Shown: one piece after another, positions 16,164 to 25,520 of the stretch
How the letters are laid out: every line of letters begins with the position of its first letter
Position numbering within the stretch: the stretch's first letter is position 1
Made by a program: the position numbers and the translations under genes
DNA from: Acidimicrobiales bacterium
Lineage (GTDB): Bacteria; Actinomycetota; Acidimicrobiia; Acidimicrobiales; Bin134
Assembly (NCBI GenBank): GCA_965231915.1
Contig: OZ246892.1
Location: 1,536,151-1,600,150, forward strand
Length of the DNA: 64,000 bases
Direction: 5' to 3'
Notes under the pieces: model-generated
Told to the model about the DNA's origin: nothing
The model's input: the letters and a program-made list of their open reading frames with translations, nothing else
The model's database searches: none

Positions 16164-17849
16164 TTAAGGGTTTAGGAGTTCATCGCGCACTTGGCGTTTT
16201 AGGTATTTGCCGGAGGCGTTGCGGGGGAGGGGGGTTTGTTGGAACCAGATGTGGGCGGGGATCTTGTGAGGGGCTAGGCGGCCGTCGAGGTGAGTTCTGA
16301 GGCCGTGGGCGTCGAGCTCGCGGCCGGGGAGCAGCACCACCGCGGCGCCGGGCACCTCGCCGAGTCGCTCGTCGGGCACGGCGAACACGATGGCCTCGGC
16401 CACCGCGTCGTGCTGGTAGATGGCGTTCTCCACCTCGGCGCAGGCGATGTTCTCACCGCCTCGGATCACGAGGTCTTTGGCCCGGTCCACGATGGCGATG
16501 AACCCGTCTTCGTCGATGGTGGCGATATCCCCGGTGTGGAGCCAGCCGTCGACGATGGCCTCGGTGGTGGCCTCAGGTTTGTTGAGGTAGCCCCGGATGA
16601 CGATGGGCGAGCGCACCAGCAGTTCTCCTGGCTGGCCAGGTGCCAGTTCAGCGCCGTTGTCGTCCACCACCTTGGCCTCGACGGTGGGCAGCGGCTGGCC
16701 CACGGTTGTGGGCTTGTCCACGTAGATCCGCCCCACGTTCATGGTGACCACTCCGCTGGTCTCGGTCAGGCCGTAGCCGGTTCCTGGGTTGCCGCTGGGA
16801 ATCGAACGGGCGATCTTGTCCACCAGGTCGGGGTGTAGGGGCGAGCCTCCGCCCCCGAGCGAGCCCAGGCTGGAGGTGTCGTATTGGTCGAAGTCGGGGT
16901 GCAGCACTATCTCCCGGGACATGGCCGGCACCGCGGCAAGGGTGCTGGGCCGCTCAGCGTCGATCAGCTTCAGTGCCTCGGTGGCGTCCCAGCGGTACAT
17001 GAGCACCAGCTTTCCGCCCACCGCGGTGGTTGGGAGCAGGTAGCAGTTGCACCCGGTGACGTGGAACAGCGGCACGCACACCAAACCGGCCGGCTGATCC
17101 CGCTGGTCGCGGGGGATGGGCGCCCTTTCGTTGATCAAGCCCAAGGCCGCCGAGTAGAAGCCCATGTTCATCACGTTGTGCACTGCCGCCCGGTGGGTCA
17201 TCACCGCTCCCTTGGGGAACCCGGTGGTGCCCGACGTGTAGAACACGCACAGGTCGTCGTCGGGGCCGATGGTCACCTCGGGCAGCTGGGGCGGGTCGGG
17301 GTCGGCCACCGTATCGGCCCATCGGATCACGTCGCCGGGCAGTTCCTCCTCGCAGCGGGTCACGATCACCGGGACATCGGGTCGGGGGTCGAGGGATTGC
17401 AGGAGCTCCCAGCGCTCGCCGTCCACCACCAGCACCCTCGGGGCGCTGTCGTCCAAGCCGTAGGCCATCTCCGCTGCGGTCCACCAGGCGTTCATTCCCA
17501 CCACCACTGCCCCCATCGACACCGTCGCCCAGTAGGCGATGATCCACTCGGGGTAGTTGCGCATGGAGATGGCCACCCGTGCGCCCTGGCCCACACCGTT
17601 GGCGGCCAGCCACGTGACCAGGGCACCCACCTGGCGATGGGCCTCGGCATACGACAACCGTTCGTCGCGAAAAACCAGGTAATCGGCCTCACCGTGAGCC
17701 GCGGTGCCGACAAAGAAGTCCCGCATGGAATCGGGCGCGTGGTCGAAAATCCGCAGGGGGACGCCGTTTACCTCCTGCACCGACCAGGAGAAGAGCTGGC
17801 CCGGCGCGGTGACCTGCTCCGCGGCCTCATTCCAGGCGGCGAGGGTCAT
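16164..17849 (-). CDS. AMP-dependent acyl-CoA synthetase/ligase
   Basis: Contains the FYTSGTTGFPKGAVMTH AMP-binding signature, GYGLTET, and a C-terminal LPRNASGKYLKRQ. Confidence 0.9.
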   Translation of the reverse strand: MTLAAWNEAAEQVTAPGQLFSWSVQEVNGVPLRIFDHAPDSMRDFFVGTAAHGEADYLVFRDERLSYAEAHRQVGALVTWLAANGVGQGARVAISMRNYPEWIIAYWATVSMGAVVVGMNAWWTAAEMAYGLDDSAPRVLVVDGERWELLQSLDPRPDVPVIVTRCEEELPGDVIRWADTVADPDPPQLPEVTIGPDDDLCVFYTSGTTGFPKGAVMTHRAAVHNVMNMGFYSAALGLINERAPIPRDQRDQPAGLVCVPLFHVTGCNCYLLPTTAVGGKLVLMYRWDATEALKLIDAERPSTLAAVPAMSREIVLHPDFDQYDTSSLGSLGGGGSPLHPDLVDKIARSIPSGNPGTGYGLTETSGVVTMNVGRIYVDKPTTVGQPLPTVEAKVVDDNGAELAPGQPGELLVRSPIVIRGYLNKPEATTEAIVDGWLHTGDIATIDEDGFIAIVDRAKDLVIRGGENIACAEVENAIYQHDAVAEAIVFAVPDERLGEVPGAAVVLLPGRELDAHGLRTHLDGRLAPHKIPAHIWFQQTPLPRNASGKYLKRQVRDELLNP

Positions 17850-19276
17850 CAGTTGGACAGCCCCCAGCTCTCCATCACAATCGGGAGAAGGACATCCATC
17901 AATTCACCCATGTCGGGATCGGGAGGCAAGACGTTGGCGTTGGCCGCCAGCGTAAGATCCAACTCGGGGATGTAGAGCGCCCTGGTGCGAAATGCCGGCG
18001 TACCGCCTCCGTGGCTGTAACCGAGCAGACCGTCGAGATCGTCGATCCCCACACCGAGCCCGTAGCCCGGGTTGACTCCACCAGAGGTCATCTCAGCCAG
18101 GGACTCATCGCTTATGAGCCCTCCGGTGAACAGCCCTCGGAACATCGTCGGAACGTCGCCGATCAGGGTCTCAATCCCCCCGCCCGTCCAGCCGGCTGTT
18201 TGCAGGAACTCCTGGGGATAGCTGTTGGTGGAGATGTATGTGTTGCCCAAGTATTCGTGGCGGGCTTCGTCGGGAACTCTGGTCAGCGAACTGAAAGCGG
18301 TGTACAGGAGCCCGCCGTTGTAGCTGTTGGCCACTGGCTCGGGAGGCAGCTCGCCGGGGGGCAGGTAGGTGTTCTCCAAGCCCAGGGGATCGAGGACTCG
18401 GGACCTGATCTCGACGTGGGCGGGATTGCCGGTGACCGCCTCGATGATCATCCCGGCGACCACATGTCCGGCAGTGCTGTAGTTGTACTCGGTTTCGAAG
18501 TCGGACACCGGTCCGTAAGTGGTTGTGAACCGCACTATCTCCTCAGGGGCGATGGGAACGTCCAGCCGAGAAGAGGCAAGGATGAAAAACCCCGGGTCGA
18601 ATGCGTATTCCACAAACCCTGCGGTGTGGCCCATGAGGTGCCGGAGAGTGATGTCGGGTCCGTGCTCGTATGACCCGTACCAGTCGTCGCCCAGATAGGC
18701 GGTGACCGGTGCGTCCAAGTCGAGGAGGCCTTCTTCCACCATCGACAGCACCGCCACGGTGGTGACCGGTTTGGTGACCGAGCCGATGCGTACATAGTTG
18801 CCCGGCGTCATTGGTGCTTGGGTGTCGAGATCGCTGACGCCCCAGCCAAATGTCCACGGGTCCTCGTCGCCTAGGGCCACAGCCAATACCAGCCCGGGTA
18901 TTCCCGCCGATTCCATCCAGTCGGCTGCCGCTGCGTTGATGGCGGCGACGTCCAACCCTGATGGGTGGGTCTCGGGTTCGGGAGCGGTCGTAGCCTCGGG
19001 AGTGGGTTCCTCGGTGGGTTCGGGTTCGGGAGAGGCCTCAGAAACGGGGGCTTCGGTGGGAGCGGATGTGGCCTGTGGGGTTGGCTCGGGGGTTGGCTCC
19101 GGCTCTGAGGTGGCCTCGGGTTCGGGAGCTTCGGTTGGCTCCGGGGTGGCTTCGGCAGTTGGATCGGCAGTTGGCGGCGGCTCGGCGGTTCTGTCGTCGT
19201 TTCCGCAGGCTCCGGCCACCAGGGCCATGGCCAGCAGCAGTGCCCAGAACAGTTTGGTGGCAGAAGACCGCATCAT
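17849..19276 (-). CDS. serine hydrolase (beta-lactamase/transpeptidase-like) lipoprotein
   Basis: Signal peptide with a lipobox (LLAMALVAGAC), a P/E/T-rich linker and the SVTK (SxxK) motif. The stop overlaps the start of the acyl-CoA synthetase gene (TGATG). Confidence 0.85.
   Translation of the reverse strand: MMRSSATKLFWALLLAMALVAGACGNDDRTAEPPPTADPTAEATPEPTEAPEPEATSEPEPTPEPTPQATSAPTEAPVSEASPEPEPTEEPTPEATTAPEPETHPSGLDVAAINAAAADWMESAGIPGLVLAVALGDEDPWTFGWGVSDLDTQAPMTPGNYVRIGSVTKPVTTVAVLSMVEEGLLDLDAPVTAYLGDDWYGSYEHGPDITLRHLMGHTAGFVEYAFDPGFFILASSRLDVPIAPEEIVRFTTTYGPVSDFETEYNYSTAGHVVAGMIIEAVTGNPAHVEIRSRVLDPLGLENTYLPPGELPPEPVANSYNGGLLYTAFSSLTRVPDEARHEYLGNTYISTNSYPQEFLQTAGWTGGGIETLIGDVPTMFRGLFTGGLISDESLAEMTSGGVNPGYGLGVGIDDLDGLLGYSHGGGTPAFRTRALYIPELDLTLAANANVLPPDPDMGELMDVLLPIVMESWGLSN
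18955..19195 (-). repeat. low-complexity coding repeat (Pro/Glu/Thr/Ala-rich linker)
   Basis: Encodes EPPPTADPTAEATPEPTEAPEPEATSEPEPTPEPTPQATSAPTEAPVSEASPEPEPTEEPTPEATTAPEPE. At the DNA level it shows reiterated GGTTCGGG/GGCTCGGG-type units. Confidence 0.9.
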
Positions 19277-19297
19277 CGCCTCAGGCTACGCTGCGGC

Positions 19298-19768
19298 ATG
19301 GCCAAGATGCGCTTCAACCACATGGAGCTGACGCTTCCCCTGGGAACATTGACCGACGAGTACCGGGCCGAGGTGCGCGAATTCTACGGCGATGTCTTCG
19401 GATGGGCGGCGACCGACACCCAGATTCTCAGGCAGACCGCACTATTGCTGTCCTCCGACGCCGCCACCAGCCAGTTCATCCTGCTGGCCGAGCACCAGGA
19501 CCCCATGGCTCCGCCGCCGTTCGACCACCTTGGGCTGCTTTTCGAAACCCGGGAAGAAGTCGATACATGCCTGGCCAAGTGCGAGGCCTGGCAGGAGAAG
19601 GACCCCCGGGTGGAGATCAAGCGCTACAACGACTTGGTGATGCCCACGGTGACCGTGCACGCCTTTTACGTGCGGCATCTGCTGCCGATTCATTTGGATG
19701 TGCAGTGCATGGAGCGGCCTGAGGGAGTGGCGGCTCCGTCGGGACGTTGGATCTGGGTCGAAGACTGA
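19298..19768 (+). CDS. VOC (glyoxalase/bleomycin-resistance/dioxygenase) family protein
   Basis: Contains RFNHMELTLP, FYGDVFGW and FDHLGLLF, which are typical VOC beta-alpha-beta-beta-beta module motifs. Confidence 0.7.
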   Translation: MAKMRFNHMELTLPLGTLTDEYRAEVREFYGDVFGWAATDTQILRQTALLLSSDAATSQFILLAEHQDPMAPPPFDHLGLLFETREEVDTCLAKCEAWQEKDPRVEIKRYNDLVMPTVTVHAFYVRHLLPIHLDVQCMERPEGVAAPSGRWIWVED

Positions 19769-21009
19769 TGGCTGACGAGCGGATTTCTCAGCTGATCGGC
19801 GTGGACGCGCCGGAAACGGCGCTGGAGGTGACCGACCGGATTTGGATGGCTGTCGGCACGGCCAACGCCTACAAGGTGGCCACGCCCGAAGGCAGCGTGA
19901 TGATCGACGCGGGACTGGCCGGCGACGCCCGTCGCTTCCACCAGCAGCTTTCGGCCGTTCCCGGCAATCCGGTGCGATACATCGTCTTGACCCACGCCCA
20001 TGAGGACCACATTGGCGGTCACCGGCGCTGGGCGCGGGAGGGAGCCCAGGTGGTGGCCCATCGACTGTGCCTCCAACGAGACGAGCAGTACCGCCAGCTC
20101 ACCCAGTTCCGGGTGGATCGGGCCAAGATCCTGTGGGGGGCGGCCATGGACCTCCGCACCGACTCTGGCCGGGTGGAGCCCACCCCGCCCATCGAGGTCG
20201 ACATAGTGGTCGACCGCTCCCACACCCTCGAAGTGGGCGACCTCACCTTCGAGGTGATGCATACCCCCGGCGCCGAGGGCCCTGACGGGCTCACGGTGTG
20301 GGTGCCCGAGTTGCGGGCCGCCTTTGTGGGCGACCTGTGGGGTCCGATCATCGACGCCTTTCCCAACCTGTTCACCCTGCGGGGCGAGCCCTACCGCGAC
20401 GCCCAGCAATACATGGAATCGCTGCGCGAGGTTCGCGACCTCGAGCCCGAGATCGCCCTGGCCGGCCATTTCGAGCCGGTGGTGGGCAAAGAACAGGTCA
20501 AAGGGGTGCTAACCCGGATGCACGACGGCGTGGAATGGGTGTGGGACCGAGTAGTAGAGGGCATGAACGAGGGCAAGGATCCCTACACGCTGATGAAGGA
20601 GATCCGCCTGCCCGACGACTTGGCCTTGGATGAGACGTATGGTCGGGTGGACTGGGGCGTGCGGGCCATCTGGGAGGGGCTGGCCGGCTGGTTCACCTAC
20701 CGCTCGGTGCTGGATCTCGATGCCACGCGCCCCGAATCGGTGTATCCCGATGTGGTGGCCTTGGCCGGAGCCGATGCCCTGGTGGCCCGTTCTGAGGAGC
20801 GGTTGGCTGACGGCGACCGCTTGGAGGCACTGCATCTGGTCGAGATAGTCCTGGCCGACGATGCTGGCCATGCCGGCGCGCTGCGGGCCAAGCTGTCGGT
20901 CTTGCAGTCGCTCTTTGACGACTACGGCCAGCGGAACTTCCAGGAGGCCGGGTGGTATCGGACAGAGATCGGCCAAGTCGAACAGCAGCTAGATGCCGCT
21001 CAGGGATGA
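19768..21009 (+). CDS. MBL-fold metallo-hydrolase (alkyl-sulfatase-like)
   Basis: Contains the LTHAHEDHIGG (HxHxDH) motif. ATG 19768 overlaps the upstream stop (TGATG). The track ORF starts at 19747. Confidence 0.8.
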   Translation: MADERISQLIGVDAPETALEVTDRIWMAVGTANAYKVATPEGSVMIDAGLAGDARRFHQQLSAVPGNPVRYIVLTHAHEDHIGGHRRWAREGAQVVAHRLCLQRDEQYRQLTQFRVDRAKILWGAAMDLRTDSGRVEPTPPIEVDIVVDRSHTLEVGDLTFEVMHTPGAEGPDGLTVWVPELRAAFVGDLWGPIIDAFPNLFTLRGEPYRDAQQYMESLREVRDLEPEIALAGHFEPVVGKEQVKGVLTRMHDGVEWVWDRVVEGMNEGKDPYTLMKEIRLPDDLALDETYGRVDWGVRAIWEGLAGWFTYRSVLDLDATRPESVYPDVVALAGADALVARSEERLADGDRLEALHLVEIVLADDAGHAGALRAKLSVLQSLFDDYGQRNFQEAGWYRTEIGQVEQQLDAAQG

Positions 21010-21055
21010 CGACCCGGGGAGCTAGAGCAAGAACCGCCGACCATAGGAGAATCTG

Positions 21056-22063
21056 ATGCGAGCTGCAGTGATCGCCGACGACAGAACGCTGGAAGTGGCC
21101 GAAGTCGAAGATCCGACTCCGGGGCCAGGGGAATTGGTCTTGGCCGTGAAGGGATGCGGTATCTGCGGGTCGGATCTGAAAGTCGTCGAACATCTGCCCT
21201 TCGGCTACACCATGGGCCACGAGTTCTCCGGCGAGGTGGTGGCGGTGGGGGCCGATCCGGTGGGGGACTGGAAAACCGGCGATGCGGTTTGCGCGCTGCC
21301 GCTGGTGGGGTGCGGGAGATGTCAGCACTGCTGGGACACGCTGCCGGTCCACTGCCCGCACTCGGAGATGATCGGCACCGGTAACCGGCCGGGGGCCTAT
21401 GCCGAGTATGTGACCGTGTCCAGCGCGCAGACTTTCCGCCTGCCTGAGGGATGCGGCTACGACGTGGGTGCTCTGGTGGAGCCGTTGGCGGTCGGGCTCC
21501 ACGCGGCAGACACCGCGGGCATTGCCACCGGCGACGATGTGCTCATCGTGGGGGGCGGACCGGTGGGCCTGGCCGTTGCCCTGTGGTCTCGCCACATGGG
21601 GGCTCGAAGTGTTGTGGTCAGCGATCCGGTGGTAGTGCGGCGGGAATCGGCGGCCGATTTCGGAGCTACTGGCGTCATCGATCCTGTATCCGAGGAGCTG
21701 GCGCCGGCCTTCGAGCGTCTAGCCGGATCTCCACCCAATGTGGTGGTGGAAGCGGTGGGCAAACCGGGCATCATCCAGACCTGCATCGAAGCGGCGGCCC
21801 ATCGGGGCCGGGTTGCGGTGGTGGGCATCTGCTCTGGACCCGACCCCATCATCCCGGTGTTCGCATCGCTCAAAGAGCTGACCATGACCTTCCCCGTGTA
21901 CTACCGCCATCAGGACTATGCCCACACCCTGGCCATGATTGAACAGGGCCGGATCGAACCAGCCCCCTTCATTACCCACACCGTGGACCTCGACGGACTC
22001 CCTGACGCATTCGAGGCCATCAAATCACCTACCGACCAGTGCAAAGTGCTGGTTCGCCCCTAA
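21056..22063 (+). CDS. zinc-binding alcohol dehydrogenase family protein
   Basis: Contains the GCGICGSDLK, GHEFSGEVV and VGGGPVG motifs. Confidence 0.9.
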   Translation: MRAAVIADDRTLEVAEVEDPTPGPGELVLAVKGCGICGSDLKVVEHLPFGYTMGHEFSGEVVAVGADPVGDWKTGDAVCALPLVGCGRCQHCWDTLPVHCPHSEMIGTGNRPGAYAEYVTVSSAQTFRLPEGCGYDVGALVEPLAVGLHAADTAGIATGDDVLIVGGGPVGLAVALWSRHMGARSVVVSDPVVVRRESAADFGATGVIDPVSEELAPAFERLAGSPPNVVVEAVGKPGIIQTCIEAAAHRGRVAVVGICSGPDPIIPVFASLKELTMTFPVYYRHQDYAHTLAMIEQGRIEPAPFITHTVDLDGLPDAFEAIKSPTDQCKVLVRP

Positions 22064-22081
22064 TCGATTTAGCCTGTCCCC

Positions 22082-23290
22082 GTGGATTTCGGCGACACTC
22101 CCCAAGAAGCAGCATTTCGGGCTGAGGCCCGGGCCTGGCTAGAGGCCAATGCGCCGGTAAAGGGCTCACCCGAGGCGTTTGATCACATGAGCAGTCCGGG
22201 ACGAAGCGAAGAGCTGGAAAGAGAACTTGCTAATCGGGCCCGGGCCTGGCAGTCGAAGCTGGCTGCCGACGGCTGGGCCTGCTTGGATTGGCCGCCGGAG
22301 TACGGGGGACGGGGTGCCTCCACGGTGGAGACGATCATTTTCGAGGAAGAGCAGAGCCGTTTCGGTGTGTCGAGGTCGATATTCATGGCCGCGCTCGACA
22401 TGGCTGCTCCCACCCTTATGTCGTGGGGCACCGACGAGCAGAAGCAGAAGTTCTTGAACCCCATCCGCCGGGGAGAAACGGTGTTCGCCCAACTGTTTAG
22501 CGAGCCCAACGCCGGCTCTGACTTGGCCGGGCTACAGACCAGAGCAGTCCGAGACGGCGACGTGTTTGTGGTCAACGGCCAGAAGGTATGGAACTCGTAT
22601 GCCCATCTGGCCGACTGGGGCATTCTCTTGGCCCGCACCAATTCGGACGTTCCCAAGCACCAGGGGCTCACCTATTTCTTTGTGGAGATGGACAGCGAGG
22701 GCTTGGACCCGCGGCCATTGCGTCAGATGACCGGTGGGGCCGAGTTCAACGAGACCTTCTTCGACAATGTGCGGATCCCGGTGGAGAATGTGATCGGCGG
22801 GGTCAACAACGGATGGGCGGTAGCCCAGACCACCCTCAACAGTGAGCGGGCTGCGGTGGGCGCCCAGACGTCAGTCGTCGATGTCCCCACGTTGGTGGAG
22901 CTGGCCAAGACAAAGGGTCAGGCCGGCGACCCCGCGGTTCGCCAGGCATTGGCCGAAGCGTGGATTAGGTCGGAACTGCTCCGCTATCTGGGCATGAGGG
23001 TATACACCGCGCTGAGCCAGGGCACCGAGATCGGGCCGGAGGCCTCGATCATGAAGATCCTGACTGGCGACCACATCAGGGACACCAGCCAAACGGCTTT
23101 GGAGCTTCTGGGGCCGGAGGGGATGCTGAACGATGATGTCTGGGTGACGCGGATGGTCAGCCACTTCGCGCACAAGATCGGTGGCGGCACTCCCGAGATC
23201 CAGCGCAACGTGATCGGCGAGCGCATCTTGGGCCTGCCCCGCGAGCCCCGAGCCGACAAGGGCATCCCCTTCCGCGAACTTAAAGTGTGA
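22082..23290 (+). CDS. acyl-CoA dehydrogenase family protein
   Basis: Contains FAQLFSEPNAGSDLAGL and the C-terminal GGGTPEIQRNVIGERILGLPREP. It is a paralog of 3962..5236. Confidence 0.9.
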   Translation: MDFGDTPQEAAFRAEARAWLEANAPVKGSPEAFDHMSSPGRSEELERELANRARAWQSKLAADGWACLDWPPEYGGRGASTVETIIFEEEQSRFGVSRSIFMAALDMAAPTLMSWGTDEQKQKFLNPIRRGETVFAQLFSEPNAGSDLAGLQTRAVRDGDVFVVNGQKVWNSYAHLADWGILLARTNSDVPKHQGLTYFFVEMDSEGLDPRPLRQMTGGAEFNETFFDNVRIPVENVIGGVNNGWAVAQTTLNSERAAVGAQTSVVDVPTLVELAKTKGQAGDPAVRQALAEAWIRSELLRYLGMRVYTALSQGTEIGPEASIMKILTGDHIRDTSQTALELLGPEGMLNDDVWVTRMVSHFAHKIGGGTPEIQRNVIGERILGLPREPRADKGIPFRELKV

Positions 23291-24558
23291 GCGTGATGAG
23301 CCCATCGGGCGTCAGGCCAGTTCTCCTGGCCGCGCTGGTGCTCTTTGCCTGCACCGGGTGTGGCCTGTTCAGTGAGGGAACGGTTATCAGCCCTGCCCCT
23401 ATAACTGAAGAAGAGGGACAGGCCGACGTCGAGAGCACCCCATTTGCTACCGCCACACCAGCCGGGGTGCCGCTACCCGCCGATGCCATCGTGATCGGCG
23501 CTTTGATGGCCACCACCGGTTTCTTGGCTGACTACGACGAGCCCGCTTTGGTGGCGGCCAAGAACCGGATCAACGCGTTGAACGAGGCCGGCGGCCTACT
23601 GGGACGGCCAGTGGTATTGCGACACATCGACAGCCACACTGAGCTGTCCATCATGAGAGACGGTGCCGAACAGCTGCTACTGGACGGTGTCGACCTCATC
23701 CTGATGACCTGTGATGCCGTCTACGCCCGTCCGGCTCTCGACGCCCTCAAGAGCTCGGGGACTCTGGTGATCAGCCCCTGCGGAAACGACGACTACTGGG
23801 TCAGCGGTGATCTGGGCGAACGGGTCTTCTCCGTCGGCACGCCGGTGAGCACCGAAGTGGGGATGTTGGCTTCAATGGTTGCTGAGCGGAATCTTGGCAC
23901 CGCGGCGGTGATCATCGATGAAACCAGCACCGAGGCGGTAGCGGTCTGCGAGGCATTCGGGCCGCGCTTCGAGGAATCCGGCGGTCAGATTGTCGGCTTG
24001 TATCGCTACCAGCCGACCGATCCTGGCCTGCTCGACCCGATCTTGTCGGGGTTGAGCAGCGCCGATCCTGAATCCATCGTGTTTTGCGGCACCCGCCTGG
24101 TTGCGCCCGAAATCCTGGCGCCGGTCAGGGCCGCGGGTTTTGCCCAGCCCGTCTTCGCAAGCTCAACGATGGACGGAGACCATTGGATCGGCCATGTTCC
24201 CGGTATCGGCGACTTCACAATGCTCTCGTACGCATCGGTTTACACCGACTCCCCCGATCCCAGCCCTGCGGTTCGCGAGGTGCTAGCGGATTATCTCGAG
24301 GCCACCGGTCATCGAGCCCGGGACGGCCGGGCGATCACCGGCCACGATGCCATCGAAGCCTATGTCCGGGCGGTGGAGCGGGCTGGCACCATCGACCCGG
24401 GCCCAGTGACCGCCCAGTTGGAACGGTTCGACGGCGAAGATCTGGTAGCAGGGTCCGTCACGTACAGTTCCAGTGTCCATGCCGCGCTGGGGCGTCCCAT
24501 GAGGGTGATCACCATCCAAGATCCCTACGCCCAATACGACCGAATTATCAGCCCCTAG
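23287..24558 (+). CDS. ABC-transporter substrate-binding lipoprotein (branched-chain amino acid-binding family-like)
   Basis: Signal peptide plus lipobox (LVLFACTGCG) and a periplasmic-binding-protein-like body. No permease or ATPase genes are adjacent. Confidence 0.6.
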   Translation: MSVMSPSGVRPVLLAALVLFACTGCGLFSEGTVISPAPITEEEGQADVESTPFATATPAGVPLPADAIVIGALMATTGFLADYDEPALVAAKNRINALNEAGGLLGRPVVLRHIDSHTELSIMRDGAEQLLLDGVDLILMTCDAVYARPALDALKSSGTLVISPCGNDDYWVSGDLGERVFSVGTPVSTEVGMLASMVAERNLGTAAVIIDETSTEAVAVCEAFGPRFEESGGQIVGLYRYQPTDPGLLDPILSGLSSADPESIVFCGTRLVAPEILAPVRAAGFAQPVFASSTMDGDHWIGHVPGIGDFTMLSYASVYTDSPDPSPAVREVLADYLEATGHRARDGRAITGHDAIEAYVRAVERAGTIDPGPVTAQLERFDGEDLVAGSVTYSSSVHAALGRPMRVITIQDPYAQYDRIISP

Positions 24559-24572
24559 CAGCCCGAGACTGC

Positions 24573-25505
24573 TCAATAGCCGAGATCGACGTCGACGGGG
24601 CCGAGCAGTTCCTCACCGGTGATGTAGCGGCGAACGTTCTCGGTAACCCGGAGGGCGAGGAGCCTCAATCCCATTTCGGGGGTGTTTCCCACGTGGGGGG
24701 TGATGAGGCAGTTGTCCATGGTCCACAGGGGGTGTCCGTCTGGGAGAGGCTCGGGGTCGGTCACATCGAGGGCGGCGCCGTCGATGGACCCGTCGGCCAG
24801 CGCTTCCACCAAGTGGTCAGTGACCACGTGGCCGCCTCGTCCCACGTTGATCAGCCAGGCATGGGACGCCATGGCATCGAGCGCATCGGCGTCGATGATG
24901 CCGGCCGTCTCAGAGGTCAGCGCCAGCGCTACGACCACGACATCGGCGTCGCTCAGGGCGTCGTAAATTCCTTCGGGGCCGACCACCCGATCGACGCCTT
25001 CCATAGGTTCCGGATGTCGGCGCAGCACGGTGATGTGGCAGTCCCACGGGACTAGCAGACGCACCAGCGACTCGGTGATCCCCCCTCCGCCCAGCACGGT
25101 TACCCGACCGCCGAGCAGGTTCCGGCCCTCGGGCGGCGACCATGTGCGGGCCCGGGTGAAGCGCCCCATTCCCCGCAGTCCGGCCAGGGCCAGCATCAGC
25201 GCATGCTCGGCCACTGGCTCGGCATACACCCCCTTGCCGCAGGTCCAGAGGTGGTCGCGGTCTAGCAGATGGGTCAAGTTCTCGATGCCGGCGTAGGGGA
25301 GCTGCACCCACTCGATGCCGGGTCCGTCCTCCAGCACACCGGGCAAGAGCTCGGGGGCTGCGGGCTCGGCCCAAACCAGGGCCTCGGCCTCGGCGGGGCT
25401 GGACACCGTGCCCCCACCGGCGACCACCGCGTCGGCCAGCGCCGGTCGACGCCAGCATTCGGGCTCCACCGCGACGTTGGGAGGTGTGATGCGAAGCCGG
25501 TTCAT
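24573..25505 (-). CDS. D-isomer-specific 2-hydroxyacid dehydrogenase family protein
   Basis: NAD-binding VTVLGGGGITESLVRLL, followed by RGGHV and a C-terminal ITPHVG motif. Confidence 0.85.
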   Translation of the reverse strand: MNRLRITPPNVAVEPECWRRPALADAVVAGGGTVSSPAEAEALVWAEPAAPELLPGVLEDGPGIEWVQLPYAGIENLTHLLDRDHLWTCGKGVYAEPVAEHALMLALAGLRGMGRFTRARTWSPPEGRNLLGGRVTVLGGGGITESLVRLLVPWDCHITVLRRHPEPMEGVDRVVGPEGIYDALSDADVVVVALALTSETAGIIDADALDAMASHAWLINVGRGGHVVTDHLVEALADGSIDGAALDVTDPEPLPDGHPLWTMDNCLITPHVGNTPEMGLRLLALRVTENVRRYITGEELLGPVDVDLGY

Positions 25506-25520
25506 GGCAACGGGTAGCTT

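Noticed and set aside
18955-19195. Reiterated short DNA units that could be mistaken for a tandem repeat or CRISPR-like array.
   Set aside because: They lie inside the lipoprotein gene and encode a P/E/T/A-rich linker. There is no repeat-spacer periodicity. No CRISPR array was found anywhere in the window.
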